Source: Tricharina praecox (lineage: Eukaryota). Taken from it: a stretch of DNA of 37,517 nucleotides. Each line of letters starts with the position of its first letter. The first letter of the stretch is position 1. Of this stretch, positions 12,521 through 21,814 are shown in pieces. The DNA is taken from assembly GCF_024521635.1 (NCBI RefSeq), contig NW_026250438.1, forward strand, positions 248,001 to 285,517, written 5' to 3'. The notes under the pieces were generated by a model. The model was not told the DNA's origin and searched no databases. It worked only from the letters and a program-made list of their open reading frames with translations. A program made the position numbers and the translations under genes.

Positions 12521-15327
12521 ATGGTCAAGTAAGTGATGCCTTTCCCCGCTTTTCGTCAATTTTTGCTTCCGCTGCTCCGCTTCGAAAAAACGAGAAGAGC
12601 ATTCAATTGACGATGTTGGTCTTACAGCTTCACCGTCGCGGAGATCCGTGAACTCATGGACCGGACGACAAACGTCCGTAACATGTCCGTTATTGCTCAC
12701 GGTAAGTCTTTCCGTCGATGCTGAACGAACCGTCGACGGAGGACACATCTCTGACGTTCCCATCCCATAGTCGATCACGGAAAGTCTACCCTCACCGACT
12801 CGCTGGTCCAGCGTGCTGGTATTATCTCTGCCGCCAAGGCTGGAGAGGCCCGATTCACCGACACTCGGCAGGACGAGCAGGACCGGTGTATCACTATCAA
12901 GTCCACTGCCATTTCTTTGTACGCCGAGCTCCTCGAGGAGGACGTCAAGGACATCAAGCAGAAAACCGACGGCAACTCTTTCTTGATCAACTTGATCGAC
13001 TCCCCCGGTCACGTTGATTTCTCGTCTGAGGTTACCGCTGCCCTCCGTGTCACTGATGGTGCTCTGGTTGTCGTCGACTGTGTCTCCGGTGTGTGTGTCC
13101 AGACCGAGACTGTGCTGCGTCAGGCTCTTGGTGAGCGTATCAAGCCCGTCTGCATCATCAACAAGGTCGACCGTGCCCTGTTGGAGCTCCAGGTTTCCAA
13201 GGAGGACTTGTACCAGTCTTTCGCCCGTACCGTCGAGTCCGTGAACGTCATTATCGCCACCTACTACGACAAGACCCTCGGTGACGTCCAGGTCTACCCC
13301 GACCAGGGCACCATTGCTTTCGGTTCCGGTCTCCATGGATGGGCTTTCACCGTCCGTCAGTTCGCTGGCCGTTACGCCAAGAAGTTTGGTGTTGACAAGG
13401 AGAAGATGATGGAGCGTCTTTGGGTATGTTGAGGCCTTTCCTCTATGTTTTCTGGACCGAGACTGACAAATCGAATAGGGCGACTCTTTCTTCAACCCCA
13501 AGACCAAGAAGTGGACCAAGGTTGAGCAGTACGAGGGCAAGGCTCTCGAGCGTGCCTTCAACCAGTTCATCTTAGACCCCATCTTCAGGATCTTCGCTGC
13601 CATCATGAACTTCAAGAAGGATGACACCACCAACCTTCTGGCCAAGTTGGAGATCGTCCTCAAGGGTGAGGAGAAGGACCTCGAGGGCAAGGCTCTCCTG
13701 AAGATTGTGATGAAGAAGTTCCTTCCCGCCGCCGATGCGCTGTTGGAGATGATCTGTCTTCACCTTCCTTCCCCCGTCACCGCCCAGAAGTACCGTGCCG
13801 AGACTCTGTACGAGGGACCCATCGATGACGAGTGTGGTGTCGGTATCCGCGATTGTAACCCCAATGGACCCCTTATGCTTTACGTCTCCAAGATGGTGCC
13901 CACCTCCGACAAGGGTCGTTTCTACGCTTTCGGACGTGTCTTCTCTGGAACCGTCAAGTCCGGTCTTAAGGTCCGCATCCAGGGACCCAACTACCTTCCC
14001 GGAAAGAAGGAGGACCTTTTCGTCAAGGCCATCCAGCGTACCATTCTCATGATGGGTCGTTACATTGAGCCCATCGATGATGTCCCCGCCGGTAACATTT
14101 GTGGTCTGGTCGGTGTTGACCAGTTCTTGTTGAAGTCTGGTACCCTTACCACTTCCGAGACCGCCCACAACCTGAAGGTCATGAAGTTCTCCGTCTCTCC
14201 CGTCGTGCAGGTCGCCGTCGAGGTCAAGAACGCCAACGATCTCCCCAAGTTGGTCGAGGGTCTTAAGCGTCTGTCCAAGTCCGACCCTTGTGTCTTGACT
14301 TTCATCTCGGAGTCCGGTGAGCACATCGTCGCCGGTGCCGGTGAGTTGCACTTGGAGATTTGCTTGAAGGATCTTGAGGAGGACCACGCCGGCGTTCCTC
14401 TCCGTGTCTCACCCCCGGTGGTCTCTTACCGTGAGACCGTTTCCGGTACTTCCAGCATCACCGCTCTATCCAAGTCGCCCAACAAGCACAACCGTCTTTA
14501 CGTCACTGCTCAGCCTCTTGACGAGGATGTCTCCAAAGACATTGAGAACGGAAAGATCTCTCCCCGTGACGATTTCAAGGCCCGCGCTCGTATCCTTGCT
14601 GACGAGCACGGATGGGATGTCACTGATGCCCGTAAGATTTGGTGCTTCGGTCCCGACGCCAACGGTGCCAACTTGCTCGTTGACCAGACCAAGGCTGTTC
14701 AGTACCTGAACGAAATCAAGGACTCCGTCGTCTCCGGTTTCCAGTGGGCCACCCGTGAGGGTCCCATTGCTGAGGAGCCCATGCGCAGCGTCCGCTTCAA
14801 CATCCTCGATGTTACCCTTCACGCCGATGCCATCCACCGTGGAGGTGGACAGATCATCCCCACCGCGCGTCGTGTGCTCTACGCCGCCACCCTGCTCGCC
14901 GACCCCGCTCTCCTCGAGCCCGTGTACTTGGTCGAGATCCAGGTCCCCGAGTCCGCCATGGGAGGTATCTACGGTGTTCTTACCCGACGAAGAGGTCACG
15001 TCTTCTCGGAGGAGCAGCGCCCCGGAACTCCTCTGTTCAACGTCAAGGCTTACCTTCCCGTCAACGAGTCGTTCGGTTTCACCGCCGATCTCCGTTCCAA
15101 CACCGGAGGACAAGCTTTCCCCCAGTCGGTCTTCGACCACTGGCAGGTTCTGCCCGGTGGATCTCCCATTGACGCCACCACCAAGTCCGGACAGATTGTG
15201 CAGGAGATGAGGAAGCGAAAGGGTATCAAGGAGGTCGTGCCCGATGTCAACAACTACTACGACGTAAGTTATCCCATCATCCGGTTTCGATGTTTTCCAA
15301 CACTGACTTATCTTCCAGAAATTGTAA
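12521..15327 (+). CDS. EFT2: Translation elongation factor 2 (eEF2). Exons 12521-12528, 12628-12701, 12771-13423, 13479-15263, 15319-15327
   Basis: MVNFTV...[44 protein letters not shown], the diphthamide loop [16 protein letters not shown], and the C-terminus YYDKL. Four canonical introns and strong codon bias. Confidence 0.98.
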
Positions 15328-15938
15328 ACGGGTCTACGGGTCGGGTGTTTTGCTTGGTTGGTTTCTTTAGGTCGGGAAAATACTTTTCTTTTTGCTGGGG
15401 TTCTTTAAGGTTGAATTCAGTTGTTCTTCACCTCGTGACCCTATGAAGTGATTTAGTGATGATGTCCAAACCAAATCTTAAACGCGTGCCATCTATTCGC
15501 CGAACCAACATACGGTAGGTTGGAATGTTGTAGTCCAATCACCGGAAGGAGGGACCAAGTAGATACTATGTTGAAGGAAGACCGGTTGACTTGCGAGTCC
15601 ATGGATTCTGTCAGTGGCCGTCTGCTTTTCGGTCATTTCATACCGTTGGTCTCGTTCTTAATGCTTGTCGCTACAGCCACCGGTTCTTATCGCGTGTCTG
15701 GCATTCCTACCTGATATCTAGAAGTCGTGGCGATACTGCTTTTGGATGTTTCCATGACACTTGCACTCCGATTTTCTACACAAATGTTTCTTCACATCTT
15801 CACTCTTCACATCTTCGCGTCCTCACGATCTCTCCAAAGAATGCACGGCATGATAATTTTATTGCCTTCCTGCCACCATTCCCATCTCCCTTATCCACTC
15901 CTCACCGTCCCCCACGAACATCGAACATCGACTCGAGT

Positions 15939-16302
15939 CTATTCCCCACCCTTCATATTAGCTTTCTATCCCGACCACATCTCTCTCTCCTCCATCTCCG
16001 TCGTACGTAGTCGGTGGGTGGGGGGTATGTAAACGGGAAAATCAGATCAAGTGTAGATTTAAGTTAATCCACATATCCGTCCCAAGTCCTCCGCAAGACT
16101 GCAGGATCCCACACCTATCCCGGCCGAGACCGGAGGGGGGATGATGGAGCCTGCGGAGAACGAAGGGACATCGTTCGGAATTGCAGAACTCTAAGTGCTC
16201 ATCATTTTGGCGGACACGTGGTGTGTCCGTTTGTTTGGGGGAAGGGTAAGAGGAGGGGGAGCGTGGAGGGGGGAAGAGAGCGGGGAGGGGAGGGAGTCGT
16301 AC
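15939..16302 (-). other. Predicted spliceosomal intron (364 nt) of a non-coding or 3'-UTR host transcript, containing the C/D RNA
   Basis: Minus-strand donor G|GTACGA at 16302, the same hexamer as the donor of MKT1 intron 20607. Branch site GCTAAT at 15962-15957 and acceptor AATAG ending at 15939. The flanking exons have no credible ORF. An AATAAA lies downstream near 15863-15858. Confidence 0.62.
16038..16209 (-). ncRNA. Box C/D guide RNA (snoRNA/scaRNA-like) with two guides: U2 snRNA (human Am30-equivalent) and 5.8S rRNA (human Gm75-equivalent)
   Basis: On the minus strand: box C ATGATGA (16205-16199) and box D CTGA (16045-16042), closed by an A/T terminal stem. CTACACTTGAT (16056-16046) lies directly before D and is complementary to U2 AUCAAGUGUAG. 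GAGTTCTGCAATT (16191-16179) lies directly before a D'-like CCGA (16178-16175) and is complementary to 5.8S AAUUGCAGAAUUC with one G:U pair. A long hairpin lies between them. Confidence 0.85.
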
Positions 16303-16447
16303 CGTTTGTTGTGCGTGGTTGTGGAGGGAGGGAGAGGTGGGATGGGATGGAGGTTTTTTTATGCTGGTTGTGTTTACTAGGGTCTTGGCGTATGGAATGG
16401 CACTCGTTTATTAAGGAATGGATGTAGTTATGCGCTAGCTACTCTAG

Positions 16448-17522
16448 CTAGCTGTTCCACCCATAAGTCGCGGCAAGCCGACTCTTCAGATGTCTCGCGG
16501 CGGTGAGCACCTCCTCGTCCTCGATATTCGCGCCCCTCTCTCCACGCTTCCTTACAATCTCGCTCGGAATCCCGCCGAGCGGCGTGCTATCGACCGGATG
16601 GCAGAAATACGCCATCGAGTACCGCTCCCCCGCCTGGTCCCCCGGCGCGACCACTCTGTGCACAGTGCTCCGCAGCAGGCCCGCGGTCCAATAGCTCAGC
16701 AGATCCCCGATATTGACGCATATCGCCTCCGACACGACGGGGACGGGACTCCACCCGCCGCCGGGGGAGAGTATTTCGAGGCCGCTCGCGCCGTCGTGCT
16801 GGAACAGTAGCGTGAGGGAGCCGTAGTCACTGTGCGCGCCCGCGCGGATGTCGCTCGATGGGTCGTAGTCGCCGCTGGAGATGGGGGGGTAGTAGAGCAG
16901 CCGTAGTATGGAACCCGACGGGCCGTTCGTGGACGTGTGCGAGGCGGTGAAGTATTCTGCGCCGCCGGCGGAGGCGGAGATGGATAGTGCTTGCGCGAAT
17001 AGTCGGAGGAGCCGCCGAGAGACGTTGGCGCAGAGCGTCGAGAAGTGCGCGATCGTGGGAAGGTGTGGCGACAGCGTGGGTGTGATCGGTTGTTGCGGTT
17101 CGCCGGATTGCGTGAATTCGCCGAAGTTCATGGCTCTGGCATATGTCAGCTTCCCCGCGGATGTGCCGGGGAGGGGAGCGCTCTACTGTTTGAAGTCCCC
17201 GCGCTTCTGGTTCGGTGGATCCAGGGTTTCCGAGAGCATTCCGGACCAGCCCTTGTTGTTTGCGGATATGACGCAGCTTGCTTTTTCGGATTCCGGGGAG
17301 GCAAAGAATTGCTTTGACTTTCGGGGTGTCAGCCAAAGCTCGTTAGAGAGTTAGATGGCATACAATTTTGAACATCTCATCTACCGCCTCGGGAGTAATC
17401 TCGGTGCCAGCCATCGTGATGTAGACGAACCCCAGTGTCTTTGCAGCTTCGAGTAGCTGTGCAGCACACTCAGGCGTGTCGGTGAGCGTTATTATGTCGA
17501 GGGAGGCGGCGAGTTTGGGCAT
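16448..17522 (-). CDS. 2-oxoglutarate/Fe(II)-dependent dioxygenase (IPNS/DIOX_N plus 2OG-FeII_Oxy type). Exons about 17522-17364, 17317-17187, 17135-16448
   Basis: DIOX_N-like LLEAAKTLGFVYI, then LRLLYYP, the HxD motif in RAGAHSDYGSLTLLFQ, VNIGDLLSYWTAG, the distal His in STVHRV and RYS (2OG-binding RxS). Introns 17363-17318 and 17186-17136 join the pieces in frame. Confidence 0.92.
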
Positions 17523-18436
17523 CTTGGAATCGATCTTGTAGCAGTTGAATAGGAAGAGGAGGGTGAATGGAGGTGTCACGAGTATGGGTAAAGAACTGCC
17601 AGCAGTTGCAATTCAAGGGACGGGGCGACGGTATACAGTCATCACTACTTACCAACCGCAACGGTGATCGAGTGGAGCTCACTTCTCCGCGTAGTGGGGT
17701 GATAAGATAAGGCGGAGAATGCCGTCCCATTCCGCAGAAGCCCCCAAAGCGAAGCTCCTGTGGAGGCTGAAGCCCGGAGTACCGTATGTATGTGCTGTAT
17801 ACAGCTGAACCGTCGCATCTGCCCCCCTCCCCAACGACAGCTTACATGCTCTGGCTATGGTCCGAATGCATTTAGCCAACGTATGGATCCCTATTCGCGG
17901 ATGTCTGGAGAGACCCGGTGTACTCTACACTGAGGAATTAGGATACCGATATCTCCTAGCGATTTACAACGCCGTGTCGGGTTCGCATGAACTCCCGGGT
18001 TGTTAGCATGTGCCTGAGCGTGCACTACCAGGGTGCGGAAAGTATCGAAACTCTGTTAGTGGGGAACTTCCGCTCAGTTGGCCCCGCGGACGTCACAAAT
18101 TCCTGGCCCCAAAATTGACCGGGCTGTGACGATTCGCCCAAGTGGTGTCCGCCCTTAAACCACGACAGCTCGGCGCCTGTCCTCCTATTCCTCCGCGTAA
18201 ATCCTTCTTCCACCCCGTCCCTTATCCTTCTTCCCCTCCCTCCACTGCGCCCTCCATCCATTCATCTCTTCAGCTTTCCCCTCATTTTTGAGTTGTAGGT
18301 GTCCATACGATTCCTTCTCGTCTCCAGCGAGCGCATTTACCCGGCCGGCCGCTCCTTTCGTTCACTTCGCTTCCCTTCCCTTTTTCGGACCATCGTGCAC
18401 AGAAGCTACGGCACTAATCTCCCCGCCAAACTTACC

Positions 18437-21023
18437 ATGACTGTCGCAATGCCTGGTTTGAGTCCTCATCCTGCCTCCTGCACCGACAGTATGATTGTCA
18501 CCTCCGCCGCTCGTGCTGATAGCTCGCCAGTGCCCAGCGCCCGCCCGGGAACCTTCGATGTCTGGTCGCAAGCGAACGGCAGAGCCCAGATGCTCCCCAT
18601 CTCGGTGCTCAAGGACACGGCCATAGGAATTGAAGCCCATTACTACCTCCAGAAGGCTCTCGCGTTGCAGCTTAAGGAGCCGCTCGTCTCGGCCCTGGGG
18701 GGATTTCCTTTCGGTCTGAAGCAGATGATTCAGAACGACATCCGCGAGTTGCGCGAGAACAGCATCAAGCCCGTGTTCGTCTTCAGCGGACTCCAGATGG
18801 TGCCGACGGAGAAGCCGTTCTCGGTTCCTGATGACTCGGCGAAGCTTCGGACCCGTGCGTGGGAGCTCTATGACAAAGGACAGGCGGTGGAGGCGGTGGA
18901 TATGTTTGGTCAGGCAGGCGTCATCACCGTTGTGGAGCTCTTCCGAATCGTCATGAGGATTCTGAGGGATGAGAAAGTTGATTTTCAGGTTTCTCCCTAT
19001 GCCTCATGGCCCCAGGTAAGGTTTCGTCCGTGCAAGCTTCGGAGTGGGCTCCCCGTGCTGACTCGAAGCGAAATAGCTGGCGTACCTCGAGAAGACCGGC
19101 TACGTTGACTCGATTTATGGAGGGTCGGATCTGTTCCTCTTCGATGTCGAGAAAGTCATCGTTAACTTTAACCTTGGCACCGGCCACTTCTATTGGGTAA
19201 ACAAGGCGAGGCTCCGGTCCGATCTGTTGCTCACGAACGACCACTTCGTCGATGCGATCCTTCTGTCTGGCTGCTCGTTCTGTCGCCCGTTCCCCCCACT
19301 CGAGAACTCGCAGCAACAGTTCTCGGACGCTGTCGCTTTGATCAAAAGGAACAGGTCCGTTGGAAACGCCATCAACTCCCATCCCGACCAAACCGAGTAT
19401 CTCGACAAGTTCAGGAAAGCGCGTGCGGCCATCAAGCACCATCCGGTCATGACGGAAGATGGCAAGGTCGAGCAGATGAACTTCCACGAGTCGCCCGCCG
19501 ATGTGCAGGACTTCATTGGTTTGCGCCTGCCGGAGGAGCTTTACTTCTATCTGTCCCGCGGAATGATCGGCTCCCAGGTCATGGATATGATCACCACTGG
19601 AGAATACATCCAATCGCCGCCACTGGACGGAAACGAGTCGGACGAGTACAAGAAGTTCCTCAACGAGCTGAACGTTATGAGGACTGAGTCGCTTTCTCTC
19701 CTCTCCAAGTCGATTCACAGGTACTATTTGAATCGCGAGGTCAAGGTTTACAACTGGTTTGACCCGGCGCAACCCAAGACTCTGGTTCACAAGGACATTG
19801 CCCACCCATCGGAGGTTGCACAGAAGTGGAATGTGCGGGAGGATGTGTGGGGACCAGTGATGGACAAGCAGAAGGTAGGGCCCAGGTGTCCAAGTTTTGC
19901 ACGCAGGGCTAACCAAGAGACAGCAATGGGGGGAGTTCGCCTTCTGCATCACGTCACTGGAGGATGAGTCTTTTGCCGCTCAAACCGTCACTCCTAAAAT
20001 CCCAGAAAAGGTATCCCGTCCAGTTTGGCGATCATGATTCGGTGAACTTTACTAAAATTACACACAAAGCTACTGGACTCGGAAGATGAGATTAGGGTCA
20101 ACGCCCTGTGGCGCATGTTCCAGATGCGCGGATTCGTTGCTGGGGAATCTCACAGGCTCACGTCGTGGGGTAAAGCGTTGGTTGCCGCCATCAAGAATCT
20201 GGACACAGAGGACGAGTCTCTGCTCATACCTCTTTACATCGCCCTCGAATTGTTCCGCATGAAGGCATTGAAGCCGGACAACTTCGTCCCGACATTTTCT
20301 GGTGCCCCATCGCGCGGCTCAGGTGATTTCTCAGTCTGGTCATTCTATGGGCGCCACTGATAAGTGTTTAGATGAGGACAAGGCAAACACCATGCTGGTG
20401 TCCCGCGTCTGCTCATTGGTCAACATGGATCATAAGAACATTGGGTACACTGGTCCTCTGAGCCGGAATATGCTGGCTTTCAACGGCTTCAGCCGTTCAC
20501 TTACCAGGGAACTACGGAACTTTGTTGAGATGACGCTGGTCAACATGTTGATGGCGGGCGATGTGGACAGAGAGAGCAGGGACGACTGGGCGGAACTGGG
20601 TCTGAAGTACGAAATCCTGGGCAACTCTACCTCACTATTTGACCACAGCTGACACACCCTGCCTCTAGGCTGCCATTCATCGACGAAGTAAACTCGTGTC
20701 TCGGGATCGCCGCCAAGACGTATCTCGACGAGCTCTGTAACGAAGCGGAACCCACCTCCGATGACCACAAGAGCAAGCACATGGGCAAGTTGAGGGAGAT
20801 GATTCCGCAGGCCGTCGATATCGTCGGCGACCTTGAACTCGGATTCAGGGTTTGGGATGGAGTAAGTCTTACCATTTGTTCCTTCCTTCCCCGTGTGTGT
20901 GATGCACGTACTGACCAAACCCAGGTTGTGGCCGGCATCAAGGTTCTCGTGCAGGAAGCGACCATGGAGACCGAGGCCAAGCCGTTCCTTGCTGCCGACA
21001 AGTGGCTGCAGGGCAGGAGATGA
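18437..21023 (+). CDS. MKT1: Mkt1 homolog (XPG/PIN-like N-terminus plus MKT1_N and MKT1_C domains). Probable introns 18456-18530 (uncertain), 19016-19076, 19875-19923, 20011-20069, 20323-20371, 20607-20668, 20862-20924
   Basis: IGIEAHYYL, EPLVSALGGFPFGL, IKPVFVFSGL, FQVSPYASWPQLAYLE, PADVQDFIGLRLPEELYFYLSRG and GYTGPLSRNMLAF are typical of fungal Mkt1. The predicted splice junctions give one continuous frame. The start codon (18437 or 18449) is uncertain. Confidence 0.88.
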
Positions 21024-21027
21024 TTTA

Positions 21028-21047
21028 GTGTGTGTGTGTGTGTGTGT
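21028..21047. repeat. (GT)n microsatellite just after the MKT1 stop codon
   Basis: A run of gtgtgtgtgtgtgtgtgtgt is read directly from the sequence. Confidence 0.9.
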
Positions 21048-21488
21048 TGTGCAATATGAATACCTAACTTTGCTTTCAGCTAATGTAATGTCATTCGATT
21101 CACATGTGGACGACAGAGAGGGAGAGTGATTCATTCATTCACTCTCCTTTTTCAGGGTTGTACTACGGGGTGCGGTGGATATGGACGGGTGATCTGTTTT
21201 GAGACTAGGAAATGAATATCTTTCTAGTTCTTGACTTGTTTTTTTCTTTCAGACTGGGGCGTGCGTGACATCGGGGATGATGGTTTTGACCTTTTCTGTT
21301 GATCTGCCACTGTTGGGTAGACGGAACATTCCCCACCAAACAGGCCAGATGAGCGGTATGCCATGCATTGGAGCCCTGCGCCTAAGGGATATGGAATATG
21401 ACCAGTGCTCGAGCTCACTGCATTCGTGTGCGCGGGCTGCGTGAATCCTTCGATAAAGCTCTGCCTCCTGCGCACCCACTGCCGCCCG

Positions 21489-21787
21489 AATATCAAGCCC
21501 AATGGCCCAGCGAGGGCGAGGCGAGGGCGAGGCTTTCGACCACAGGCTTGGAATATCTGGGATCTGGCAAGAAGGTGCTATTCAATGTCGCTGAGCCATA
21601 GAAGTTGAAGGTGCTATTCACTGTTGCTGAGTTACAGAAGGTTAACTAAGGTGCTGTTCACTGTCGCCGAGCCACAAAATACCAAGCCCAATAGCGAGGC
21701 GAGGCGAGGCGAGGCGGGGCTTCCAATTACAGCCTTTGAATATCTAGAATTCGGCTGGAAGGTGCTATTCAATGTCATTGAGCTACA
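21489..21787 (+). repeat. Degenerate nested direct repeats: a ~110-bp duplication (21489-21598 vs 21678-21787) plus four copies of a ~27-bp core
   Basis: A core resembling AAGGTGCTATTCAATGTCGCTGAG starts at 21572, 21608, 21648 and 21759. AAT(AT/AC)CAAGCCCAAT followed by GCGAG repeats occurs at 21489 and 21678. Confidence 0.85.
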
Positions 21788-21814
21788 GGCTAACAATTAT
21801 CTTTTTTTTGTGTT

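Noticed and set aside
12428..15140. Long antisense ORFs over EF2 (420, 271 and 224 aa), and similar ones over SCT1 (4762-5826), MKT1 (18951-19952) and MGM1 (34527-35855)
   Set aside because: These are shadow ORFs caused by strong GC3 codon bias on the coding strand. They have no motifs of their own.
15530..15560. CCGGAAGGA resembling SRP RNA helix 8
   Set aside because: It lacks the flanking AGG and GCAG internal-loop motif and the S-domain architecture.
16044..16056. Plus-strand AGATCAAGTGTAG, identical to part of U2 snRNA, read as a U2 gene or pseudogene
   Set aside because: The match stops after 13 nt and no other U2 element is present. It is better explained as the antisense guide plus part of the D box of the minus-strand C/D RNA.
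16178..16191. 5.8S rRNA-like GAATTGCAGAACTC read as an rDNA fragment
   Set aside because: It is only 14 nt with no flanking rDNA similarity, and it is the complement of the D' guide.
16439..16450. TAG CTA context at the dioxygenase stop as possible readthrough to a cryptic peroxisomal signal
   Set aside because: The known fungal motif is TGA CTA, and readthrough here adds only X-L-E before another stop, with no PTS1.
21572..21787. Repeat cores with variable spacers resembling a CRISPR array
   Set aside because: The context is eukaryotic, the repeats are degenerate, the spacers are short and irregular, and there are no cas genes.
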